A DNA stretch of 64,000 nt from an uncultured Gammaproteobacteria bacterium (GTDB lineage Bacteria; Patescibacteriota; Microgenomatia; UBA8517), in contig CAZAXL010000002.1 in NCBI GenBank assembly GCA_964489145.1, forward strand, positions 2,992-66,991, read 5' to 3'. This document shows positions 1 through 8,228 of this stretch, in pieces (the first letter of the stretch is position 1; every line of letters starts with the position of its first letter). Both the position numbers and the translations under genes were made by a program. Under the pieces are notes generated by a model. That model was not told the origin of the DNA and searched no databases. It saw nothing but the letters and a program-made list of their open reading frames with translations.

Positions 1-1248
1 CACTACTCCATGCCTCCTTATGCAACAGGAGAAGCCGGCAGAGTTGGCTCTCCCAATAGGCGCGAAATAGGTCATGGTGCATTGGCTGAACGTGCGCTTA
101 TTCCCGTTATTCCTTCTCAGGAAGAATTTCCTTATGCGATAAGAGTCGTATCCGAAGTAATGAGTTCAAACGGTTCAACTTCGATGGCTTCGGTGGTTGG
201 GTCTACTCTTTCTTTAATGGATGCGGGTGTTCCAATTAAAGCTCCTGTTGCCGGAATTGCCATGGGACTTATCATTGAAGACGCCGAAAAATTTGCGGTT
301 CTAACGGACTTGATGGGTATTGAGGATTTTAACGGTGACATGGACTTTAAAGTTGCAGGAACAGAAAAGGGAATTACAGCACTTCAGATGGATGTTAAAA
401 CTCTCAATTTGAATTTGAACATTCTTGAAAAAGCTTTGGAACAGGCAAAAGATGCAAGAGCTCAAATTATGAAGAAGATAATTGAAACTCTCCCTGAATC
501 AAGAAAAACAGTTTCAGAATATGCCCCCAAAATCAAAGTAGTTAAAATCCCTGTAGAAAAAATTGGAGAATTTATTGGCCCAGGCGGAAAGAATATTAAA
601 AAGCTTATGGCTGACACAGGAACCCAGGTTGATGTTAATGATGATGGCGGAGTAAGTGTTTCAGGAGTAGATCCTGAAAAAATGCAGCAAGCTATTGACT
701 GGATTACCGGTTTTGGAAAAGAAGTCCAAGCGGGTGAAATTTACGAAGGTGAGGTCGTTCGCATAATGCCTTTTGGAGCTTTTGTAAATATTCTACCAGG
801 TAAAGATGGAATGGTTCATGTAAGCGACATGGGTAAAGAAGAATTTGTTGCCGATGCCAATGATGTGGTTAAAATTGGGGACAAAATTAAAGTCAGAGTT
901 GTAAAAATAGACGAAATGGGAAGAATTAACCTTTCTATGAACATGGATCCTTCAAAGGATAAACCGAAAGAAGATAGACCAAGATCGGGTGGAGGAGGGT
1001 ACAGAGGTGGTGGAGACCGTGGTGGAAGAGGTGGATTTAGTGGGGGAAATCGTGGTGGTTTCGGAGGTGATAGGCGTGGAGGATTCTCAAGGGGTGGAGA
1101 CAGAGGATTTGGTGGCCCTAGGCGTGAAGGAGGATTCTCAAGGGGTGGAAGTAGCAGACCCGGATTTTCAAGACCTGATGAAAATGGTGGAACAGGTGGT
1201 CCCCATTTCCCAACTTCAAGATTAGTTAGTGAAAAGAAAGATTTCTAA
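1..1248 (+). CDS. pnp: Polyribonucleotide nucleotidyltransferase (PNPase), 5'-truncated by the window edge, with RGG-rich C-terminal tail
   Basis: RREIGHGALAERAL, SNGSTSMAS and DFNGDMDFKVAG motifs, followed by KH (IGPGGKNIK) and S1 domains; frame is open from base 1. Confidence 0.97.
   Translation, partial: HYSMPPYATGEAGRVGSPNRREIGHGALAERALIPVIPSQEEFPYAIRVVSEVMSSNGSTSMASVVGSTLSLMDAGVPIKAPVAGIAMGLIIEDAEKFAVLTDLMGIEDFNGDMDFKVAGTEKGITALQMDVKTLNLNLNILEKALEQAKDARAQIMKKIIETLPESRKTVSEYAPKIKVVKIPVEKIGEFIGPGGKNIKKLMADTGTQVDVNDDGGVSVSGVDPEKMQQAIDWITGFGKEVQAGEIYEGEVVRIMPFGAFVNILPGKDGMVHVSDMGKEEFVADANDVVKIGDKIKVRVVKIDEMGRINLSMNMDPSKDKPKEDRPRSGGGGYRGGGDRGGRGGFSGGNRGGFGGDRRGGFSRGGDRGFGGPRREGGFSRGGSSRPGFSRPDENGGTGGPHFPTSRLVSEKKDF
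1078..1149 (+). repeat. Exact 21-nt direct repeat GGAGGATTCTCAAGGGGTGGA (1078-1098, 1129-1149) within the RGG tail of pnp
   Basis: Two identical copies read directly from the sequence, each encoding GGFSRGG. Confidence 0.85.
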
Positions 1249-1292
1249 AGAAAAAGGCTTCTCAGAGGTAAACTTCGTGTTAATATAAATAT

Positions 1293-2339
1293 ATGGATTC
1301 TGCTGCCCAGGAAATTACTGTTTTAATTGATAGAGTTAAAAGTGTCTCCTTGCCGGACAAACTTCGTGAACTGGTTTTGGTTCGTCTGAACCAACTCTCC
1401 AAGCTTACAAATTCTCCGTCGTTTTTACCCGAATTCGACAGAATGGAAAAATATATCGATTGGATTACAACTTTACCTTGGAACAAGAGAACACAGGATA
1501 CACTGGACCTTGAAAAGGCCAAGGCGATTTTAGAGACTCACCACTTTGGGTTAACTGATATAAAAACGCGTATCTTGGAATATATGAGTGTGATGAAGCT
1601 TAAGCAAGAAAAAGGAGAAGGGGCCGATGTCTATCGTGCTCCAATTCTTTGTTTTGTGGGACTGGTCGGAACCGGCAAAACTACAATTGCCTATTCGATT
1701 GCGGAGGCACTGGGTAGACCAATCGCACGTATTCCTTTCGGAGGGATGGGAGATCCGCTTGATCTTCGTGGTCAAAGTAGAATGCACCCTGAGGCGGAAC
1801 CTGGAAAAATAATTAAAGCTTTAAAAGATACACAAAGTAAAAACCCGGTAATACTTCTTGATGAAATCGATAGGGTAACCGACCAAGGTAGAAGTTCTAT
1901 TATGGGAGTTTTGGTTGAGCTTTTGGATCCAAGACAAAATTATGCCTTTATCGATCACTATATAGACTTTCCGTTTGACCTTTCCGAGGCACTTTTTATT
2001 ACAACTGCCAATAACACTACAAACATTGCAACGGCCGTGATGGATAGGCTTGAGCCAATTTCCATGCCAAGCTACACGGATCAGGAAAAAATAACGATTG
2101 CACAAAAATATGTACTGCCGGTATCAGTGAAGGCAGCGGGGCTTTCTCAAGGAATTTTGACAATTGATGATGAAGTTTGGGCAAACATAGTTAGACCCTT
2201 AGGCTACGACGCCGGAATCCGTACATTGGAACGAAATATCGATGGGGTTGTCAGAAAAGTTGCCAAGATGATTGTCGAAGGAAAGGCACAAAGTGTGCAT
2301 ATAACCGCACAAAATGTTAAAGAATTTTTGCCCCAGTAA
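1293..2339 (+). CDS. Lon-family AAA+ ATPase lacking the N-terminal and protease domains
   Basis: YIDWITTLPW, HHFGL..IK.RILEY, Walker A GLVGTGKT, Walker B ILLDEID, LLDPRQN..F.DHY; ends at 348 aa before the S16 protease domain. Confidence 0.88.
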   Translation: MDSAAQEITVLIDRVKSVSLPDKLRELVLVRLNQLSKLTNSPSFLPEFDRMEKYIDWITTLPWNKRTQDTLDLEKAKAILETHHFGLTDIKTRILEYMSVMKLKQEKGEGADVYRAPILCFVGLVGTGKTTIAYSIAEALGRPIARIPFGGMGDPLDLRGQSRMHPEAEPGKIIKALKDTQSKNPVILLDEIDRVTDQGRSSIMGVLVELLDPRQNYAFIDHYIDFPFDLSEALFITTANNTTNIATAVMDRLEPISMPSYTDQEKITIAQKYVLPVSVKAAGLSQGILTIDDEVWANIVRPLGYDAGIRTLERNIDGVVRKVAKMIVEGKAQSVHITAQNVKEFLPQ

Positions 2340-2355
2340 TATACAATAGTTTTGT

Positions 2356-2832
2356 ATGAAGATCCTGATAATTTCCGATTCCCATGGGAACATTGCGAAT
2401 TTAAATCATGTGATGGGTTTTGCAAAAAAATATGGAGTGTCTTCCATAATTCATGCCGGAGATTGGAACAATCTCGAATCTGTTGAAACAGTTTTGTCGT
2501 ATGGAATTCCGATTTATGCGGTTTTGGGAAATGCTGATATCGATCCGACGATAGGTAAAAGGTTAAAGATAAAAGGCAAGATATTTAATGAGAATTCTTT
2601 GATCATCGAAATTGGGGGTAGAACTATTGGAATTACACATAAACCATCGAATAATACAGAGTATTTCTTGGACACAAAACTTGATTTAATTATCAATGGT
2701 CATTTGCATTCAAAATATGAAAGCAAAGAAACACAAATTAAAATTATTCGTCCCGGGGCAATAATTACAGGAAATAATTTTGCAATTTTTGACACAGGCT
2801 CGAATAGAGTAGAATTTATTGAAGATGACTAA
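2356..2832 (+). CDS. YfcE/MJ0936-type metallophosphoesterase
   Basis: SDSHG, HAGD, GNAD, TH and GHLH calcineurin-like motifs. Confidence 0.88.
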   Translation: MKILIISDSHGNIANLNHVMGFAKKYGVSSIIHAGDWNNLESVETVLSYGIPIYAVLGNADIDPTIGKRLKIKGKIFNENSLIIEIGGRTIGITHKPSNNTEYFLDTKLDLIINGHLHSKYESKETQIKIIRPGAIITGNNFAIFDTGSNRVEFIEDD

Positions 2833-3466
2833 ATTTGAAGAACTTCATAAATTGAAAGAGGGAATGGAGAAAGACGATACACTTCCCCTTAAAAAGGGTG
2901 CTACAAAACTTGTTTTTGGTATAGGAAACACCAGGGCAAAAATTCTCTGCATTGGGGAAGGACCCGGATACAATGAGGATAAAATCGGTGAGCCGTTCGT
3001 AGGACAGGCGGGTAAACTTTTGGATAAACTTTTTCCGCTTGCAGGGCTCACCCGCAAAGAGGTGTTCATAACAAATATTGTTCACCACAGACCTCCGGAA
3101 AACCGTGATCCGGAACTCCACGAGATAGAAGCTTATAGAAAGTATTTGGACAAAATCATTAAAATTATTGACCCGGAAGTAATCATTACTTTAGGGCGTT
3201 TTTCTATGGCTAAATTTTTACCTAATGTCTTTATTTCAAGTGTACATGGCAAAAAATATAATGTTTCCTGGAACGGAAAAAATATTGCGGTCGTACCGAT
3301 GTACCATCCAGCGGCTTCGCTTAGAAATGGCAACGTAATGGAGGCGGAAAAAACAGACTTTGTTAATTTAAGAGAAATTTTGAAGAAAATTAAAAATGAT
3401 AAACAAAGCTTGGTCAATTCTGAAAAAAATGATAAAGTGAAAGTAGAGCAAATGAATCTTGTTTAA
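2825..3466 (+). CDS. Uracil-DNA glycosylase family 4 (Fe-S cysteines absent)
   Basis: GEGPG..ED..G.PFVG.AG, RPPENRDP and YHPAA motifs; ATG at 2825 preferred. Confidence 0.92.
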   Translation: MTKFEELHKLKEGMEKDDTLPLKKGATKLVFGIGNTRAKILCIGEGPGYNEDKIGEPFVGQAGKLLDKLFPLAGLTRKEVFITNIVHHRPPENRDPELHEIEAYRKYLDKIIKIIDPEVIITLGRFSMAKFLPNVFISSVHGKKYNVSWNGKNIAVVPMYHPAASLRNGNVMEAEKTDFVNLREILKKIKNDKQSLVNSEKNDKVKVEQMNLV

Positions 3467-3523
3467 GCATGTCGCCAAGATTTGGTTTTGGCTTCGCCAA
3501 AGATATGCAATAAAAGTCTGCTT

Positions 3524-5185
3524 ATGAATAATTCAAATAAATTAAAATTCATCGCCCTTTCAGGAACAACAGGAGTAACGGAAAATTTATACGTTTACGA
3601 ATATGGCAACGACATGCTCGTCGTGGATTGTGGTGTCGGTTTTCCAGAGAGTGAGATGTTTGGCGTTGACCTTGTTATTCCGGACTTTTCCTATATCAAG
3701 CAAAACGCGGCAAAACTTAGAGGAGTTTTAATTTCCCACGGGCATGAGGACCATCTTGGTGCACTTCCTTTTCTTCTCAAAGATGTAAAAACAACTATTT
3801 ATGCCACGAAACTTGTGGGTGGGTTTATACAGGATAAATTTGAAGATTATGATACTCAGTCCCCGAAGATCTCTATTTTTGATCCTGAAAAGGATGTTTT
3901 AACCCTAGGAGTTTTCAAAGTCACTCCATTTAGGGTTAGCCATTCCGTTCCGGACGGAGTTGGATTTTGCATAGATACCCCCGAAGGAAAAATATTCCAT
4001 ATACCAGATTATAAATTTGACTGGACCCCTGTCGACGGGCGGCCTTTTGATATCGCCAAAGTTGCTACGCTTGCCTCACAGGGAACTTTAGCTTTGGCAT
4101 CCGATGCATTAGGTGCCAATACACCTGGTTATACAGAAAGCGAACTTTCAATTCAGGGAAGAATCGAGGCAATAGTCCAAGATGTTACAGGGAAAATTTA
4201 TTTAACTACAATCTCGAGCAATATTAGTAGAATACAGCAAACAATTAATATTGCCGCCAAACTTGGCAGAAAAGTGGTTCTTATCGGCCGTTCAATCGAA
4301 AGAAAGGCACAAATTGCCAAAGATCTGGGATATCTCTTTTATCCGAATGATCTGGTTATTAAATCCAAACAGGCGTCTCATCTTCCGCCGGACAAAGTTT
4401 TATATATTATTTCCGGAAGTTATGGTCAACCGGGAAGTGCGCTTTATAGGCTTTGTATGGGAGAACACGATTTCCTGACAATCGGTAAGGGAGATGTTGT
4501 TATATTTTCTTCCGATCCTGCCCCGCCTGGCAGTAAGACAAATGTTGACTTCTTGGTCGACAAGCTTATCGAGGGTGACGTCAATGTTCACTACTACGAC
4601 ATGCAGGAAGACCTTCACGTTTCAGGACATGGAAGTATAGGGGATATTGAAACACTTTTTGCACTTACCAAGCCCAAATATTACATTCCGATAGGGGGAA
4701 CAATAAGACACATGAGAGCTTACGGGCTTATTGCGGAAAGGATGGGTGCTCCTGAAGAAAATGTTTTAGAACTTCTTCCCGGAGAGATTGTTGAATTTGG
4801 TAATCAAACTGCAAGACGTGTCGGTAAAGTTCCTGTAAAAGAGGTTTTGGTGGATGGACTTGGGATTGGAGACGTGGGAAATGTTGTATTAAGAGATAGA
4901 CACATTCTTTCCAAGGAAGGAATTGTAATTGCAATAATCCATTTTGACAGAAACGAAAGCGCACTTATAGACAGTCCCGAGATAATGAGCCGTGGATTTG
5001 TTTTTGAACAGAAATACGGCAGAATTTTAGAGGATGCTTCAAAAGAATTGGCTCGCGCGATGCAAAAAAAGAAATCGATAAATGCAAATGTTGTCAAAAA
5101 TATCGCAATTGATTTTTTGGAGCGATATTTTTATCAAAAAACAGGGCGACGCCCCATGATTCTCCCTGTTGTTGTTGAGGTTTAA
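3524..5185 (+). CDS. rnj: Ribonuclease J
   Basis: SHGHEDHLG MBL motif, HSVPD, DYKFD, HVSGH and C-terminal RRPMILPVVVEV; ATG at 3524 preferred. Confidence 0.96.
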   Translation: MNNSNKLKFIALSGTTGVTENLYVYEYGNDMLVVDCGVGFPESEMFGVDLVIPDFSYIKQNAAKLRGVLISHGHEDHLGALPFLLKDVKTTIYATKLVGGFIQDKFEDYDTQSPKISIFDPEKDVLTLGVFKVTPFRVSHSVPDGVGFCIDTPEGKIFHIPDYKFDWTPVDGRPFDIAKVATLASQGTLALASDALGANTPGYTESELSIQGRIEAIVQDVTGKIYLTTISSNISRIQQTINIAAKLGRKVVLIGRSIERKAQIAKDLGYLFYPNDLVIKSKQASHLPPDKVLYIISGSYGQPGSALYRLCMGEHDFLTIGKGDVVIFSSDPAPPGSKTNVDFLVDKLIEGDVNVHYYDMQEDLHVSGHGSIGDIETLFALTKPKYYIPIGGTIRHMRAYGLIAERMGAPEENVLELLPGEIVEFGNQTARRVGKVPVKEVLVDGLGIGDVGNVVLRDRHILSKEGIVIAIIHFDRNESALIDSPEIMSRGFVFEQKYGRILEDASKELARAMQKKKSINANVVKNIAIDFLERYFYQKTGRRPMILPVVVEV

Positions 5186-5213
5186 CTACACTTCGATATA
5201 CAATGGTTTGAAT

Positions 5214-7328
5214 ATGGCCAAGAGAAGAAAAAGATTTACAAAAAAATCATTCAGATTAAAGCTTAAAAAAGAGTCGGTTTTCTCTATTTCTCAAATAGTG
5301 TTTTTTGCCATCGCAGGGCTTATCCTTATTTCTTTCTCCCGTCAGGGTGCAATTCTCTTTAAATTTAATGAGATATTGATTAAATACTTTTCCTGGTCAT
5401 CGGTTTTCTTACCTTTTATTTTTCTATCATTCGCTTTTCTTCTGTCAAAGGTTAAATTTATTTTGGGTCAGCCAAATGTCATTGTTGGGGCACTTCTTTT
5501 CTTTATCTCGGTTATGGCCCTGGGGCGTGCCGGAGTTGCCGGAGGTTTGGTTTGGGATTCAATCGCAGCCCTCGTAATGGGGGTGGGGGCAGCCATTATT
5601 TTTACAGGTGTGGGAATGATTGGTCTGATTGTTTTATTCAATACTTCAATCGATCAGGTCTATAAACTTTTTAAGGAGTTTGCCAGGCAGGTGGGGATTT
5701 ATATCCATGGGGATAAAGCTCAAATAAAGGTTGGAGGGGTGACTCTTTCCAAAGGTCAAATGAGGGTTTCCGGGGGGGGAGCTTTCACTGTATCCGGAGC
5801 AGCAAAACCAGGTACTCCTGGTGTGTCATCAGTTCCCAAGGAACCTTTGGAACAAAAACTTGTAAGCAACGTTCCCGGTGAAGAAACCGTCTGGAGATAT
5901 CCGGGAATGGATCTTCTTGGTGATGTTGATGGCGGAAAAGCAGACAGAGGCGACATCAAGGGTAATGCCGCAACAATTGAAAAGACGCTTGAATCTTTTG
6001 GAATTACGGCAAGCGTGGTTGAGGTTAATCTGGGACCCGCCGTTACGCAATATGCTATTGAGGTTGCGCTTGGAACAAAGCTTTCGAAAATTACATCACT
6101 GGAGCGAGATTTAGCACTTGCCCTTTCTGCCCCGACAGGAACGATCAGAATTGAAGCTCCAATTCCGGGACGTAATTTAGTGGGAATTGAATTACCCAAC
6201 CGTTCCGCTGAGTTTGTTTCACTCAGAAAGGTTTTGGAGTCTGAAGAAATGCAAAGTGCGAAATCCAAGCTCGTAGTTTCTTTAGGACTTGATGTATCTG
6301 GTAAACCCATTGTTGCCGATATCGCAAAAATGCCACATGTCCTAATAGCCGGTCAAACCGGTTCGGGAAAATCTGTTTGTATAAATGCATTTTTGGCGTC
6401 GCTTCTTTTCAGGGCTGCTCCAACAGAAGTTAAACTTATTTTGGTTGACCCTAAAAGGGTTGAGCTTACGCGTTACAACGGAATTCCTCATTTACTTTCA
6501 CCTGTAATTGTTGATCCGGATAAAGTTATCTCGGCGCTTCGTTGGATTATGGCTGAAATGGATAGGCGGTATAAACTTTTTGCCCAGGCAGGTGCTCGCA
6601 ATATTGATTCTTATAATGAAATGTCCGGATTTCAGGCTCTTCCTTATATTCTTCTTTTTATCGATGAGCTTGCCGATATTATGCTTTTCTCGCCCGTTGA
6701 GGTCGAAGACTCCATTACCAGAATTGCCCAAATGAGTCGGGCCACCGGAATTCATATGGTACTTGCAACCCAAAGGCCGTCAGTTGATGTAATTACAGGT
6801 CTTATCAAGGCTAACGTCCCGTCACGCATTGCCTTTGCTGTTGCCTCCCAAGTCGACTCAAGAGTTATTTTGGATACGCAGGGTGCCGAAAAACTTTTGG
6901 GTAAGGGGGATATGCTCTACCTTCCTCCGGAGCAAGCCAAACCTGTTAGAATTCAGGGAGCCTTTGTTGGAGATAAAGAAGTGGCAGACCTGACATCGTT
7001 CCTTAAGAATCAAGGTGTAAACCCGCAGTATACTGATGAGGTGACCACAATGGCGAAGGCGGGCACTGTTTCTGTACCGGGTGTTAGTGGAAATGTTGAC
7101 GAACTGTTTAAAGATGCCGTAAAGGTTGTCTGTCAATATGACAGAGCTTCCGCATCACTTTTACAAAGAAGGCTTTCAATAGGATATGCAAGGGCAGCCA
7201 GAATTGTCGATCAGTTGGAAGGAGCGGGAGTAATTGCAACAAGTGACGGTGGAAGCAAGGCGCGTGAAGTGTTAGTTCAAAACGCTGATGAATTTTTGGC
7301 TTCCTTCGGGAATCCTCCCTCCCAATAA
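5214..7328 (+). CDS. ftsK: DNA translocase FtsK/SpoIIIE
   Basis: N-terminal TM segments, IRIEAPIPG, GQTGSGKS, DELAD, LATQRPS and gamma domain LLQRRLSIGYARAAR. Confidence 0.96.
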   Translation: MAKRRKRFTKKSFRLKLKKESVFSISQIVFFAIAGLILISFSRQGAILFKFNEILIKYFSWSSVFLPFIFLSFAFLLSKVKFILGQPNVIVGALLFFISVMALGRAGVAGGLVWDSIAALVMGVGAAIIFTGVGMIGLIVLFNTSIDQVYKLFKEFARQVGIYIHGDKAQIKVGGVTLSKGQMRVSGGGAFTVSGAAKPGTPGVSSVPKEPLEQKLVSNVPGEETVWRYPGMDLLGDVDGGKADRGDIKGNAATIEKTLESFGITASVVEVNLGPAVTQYAIEVALGTKLSKITSLERDLALALSAPTGTIRIEAPIPGRNLVGIELPNRSAEFVSLRKVLESEEMQSAKSKLVVSLGLDVSGKPIVADIAKMPHVLIAGQTGSGKSVCINAFLASLLFRAAPTEVKLILVDPKRVELTRYNGIPHLLSPVIVDPDKVISALRWIMAEMDRRYKLFAQAGARNIDSYNEMSGFQALPYILLFIDELADIMLFSPVEVEDSITRIAQMSRATGIHMVLATQRPSVDVITGLIKANVPSRIAFAVASQVDSRVILDTQGAEKLLGKGDMLYLPPEQAKPVRIQGAFVGDKEVADLTSFLKNQGVNPQYTDEVTTMAKAGTVSVPGVSGNVDELFKDAVKVVCQYDRASASLLQRRLSIGYARAARIVDQLEGAGVIATSDGGSKAREVLVQNADEFLASFGNPPSQ

Positions 7329-7339
7329 AAATAATTTAA

Positions 7340-7963
7340 ATGAAAACGATTGGCCAAATTCTCGGGAACGCTCGTACAAACAAAAGATATTCGTATCAAA
7401 AGTTGGAGGAAATTACGAAAATAAAATCATCTTTTATAGTTGCTATTGAGAATGAAGAATGGCAGATTCTTCCCGGTTTTGCCACAGTTTTGGGGTTTGT
7501 TAAAAGTATATCCTCAGCCCTTGATGTTGATGAAAAAATGGCAGTTGCGGTTTTGAAACGGGATTATCCACCAAAGAAAATAAGTATAAACCCCAACCCT
7601 GACATTTCGTCAAAACCAAGTTGGAACCCAAAACTTACATTTATGTTGGGTGTTGGGCTGGTAGTCCTTATCATATTAGGGTATCTAACCTTTCAATATG
7701 TAAAATTTATATCGCCTCCTGGGATTGAGGTTGTTAGCCCGATCGAGGGGCAGGCGGTAGACGGAAATTTTGTACTGGTTTTTGGGTCAACCGAAACGGA
7801 TGTCAAAATTACGGTTGATAATCAACCTGTGTTGGTTGATAAAGACGGTAAATTCTCCACAAACATAGAAATCTCACCAAACACAACAAAAATCATCATA
7901 AGGGCAATTTCTAGGTCTGGAAAAGAAACAGTTATAGAGCGTAAAATAGAAGTACAAGAATAA
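7340..7963 (+). CDS. RodZ-like HTH-TM-Ig domain membrane protein
   Basis: N-terminal XRE HTH (TIGQIL..AR...ITKIK...AIE), a single TM and a beta-rich C-terminus; lies downstream of ftsK, as rodZ often does. Confidence 0.7.
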   Translation: MKTIGQILGNARTNKRYSYQKLEEITKIKSSFIVAIENEEWQILPGFATVLGFVKSISSALDVDEKMAVAVLKRDYPPKKISINPNPDISSKPSWNPKLTFMLGVGLVVLIILGYLTFQYVKFISPPGIEVVSPIEGQAVDGNFVLVFGSTETDVKITVDNQPVLVDKDGKFSTNIEISPNTTKIIIRAISRSGKETVIERKIEVQE

Positions 7964-7976
7964 TTAACTTTAACCG

Positions 7977-8210
7977 ATGGATTCTGTTCAAACACTTTTA
8001 ATCGTAGTTGTGGTTAGTCTTACAATTTTACTTGTTGTGGTCGGAATTCAAGTAATGCTTATTATTGTTGACCTGAGACGTGCCGTTAAAAGATTGAATA
8101 GTATTTTGGAAGATTCGATTCTGGGTGGAGGTTTGATCAGACCGGATAAACTGACTTCCGTAATGGAAATTCTTCACAAAGGTAAAAAACCTGAAACTCA
8201 CGGTGGCTAA
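7977..8210 (+). CDS. Small membrane protein, hypothetical
   Basis: 77-aa ORF with an N-terminal hydrophobic helix, filling the gap in the operon. Confidence 0.7.
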   Translation: MDSVQTLLIVVVVSLTILLVVVGIQVMLIIVDLRRAVKRLNSILEDSILGGGLIRPDKLTSVMEILHKGKKPETHGG

Positions 8211-8213
8211 AAA

Positions 8214-8222
8214 TGATATACT
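8214..8222 (+). promoter_or_regulatory. Extended -10 (TGnTATACT) 6 nt upstream of the alaS ATG; probable leaderless promoter
   Basis: TGATATACT at 8214-8222, ATG at 8229. Confidence 0.6.
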
Positions 8223-8228
8223 TTAGCC

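Noticed and set aside
1293-2832. Lon pseudogene or frameshift continuing into the next ORF
   Set aside because: The downstream ORF is an intact metallophosphoesterase with its own -10 box; no Lon protease-domain remnants are visible
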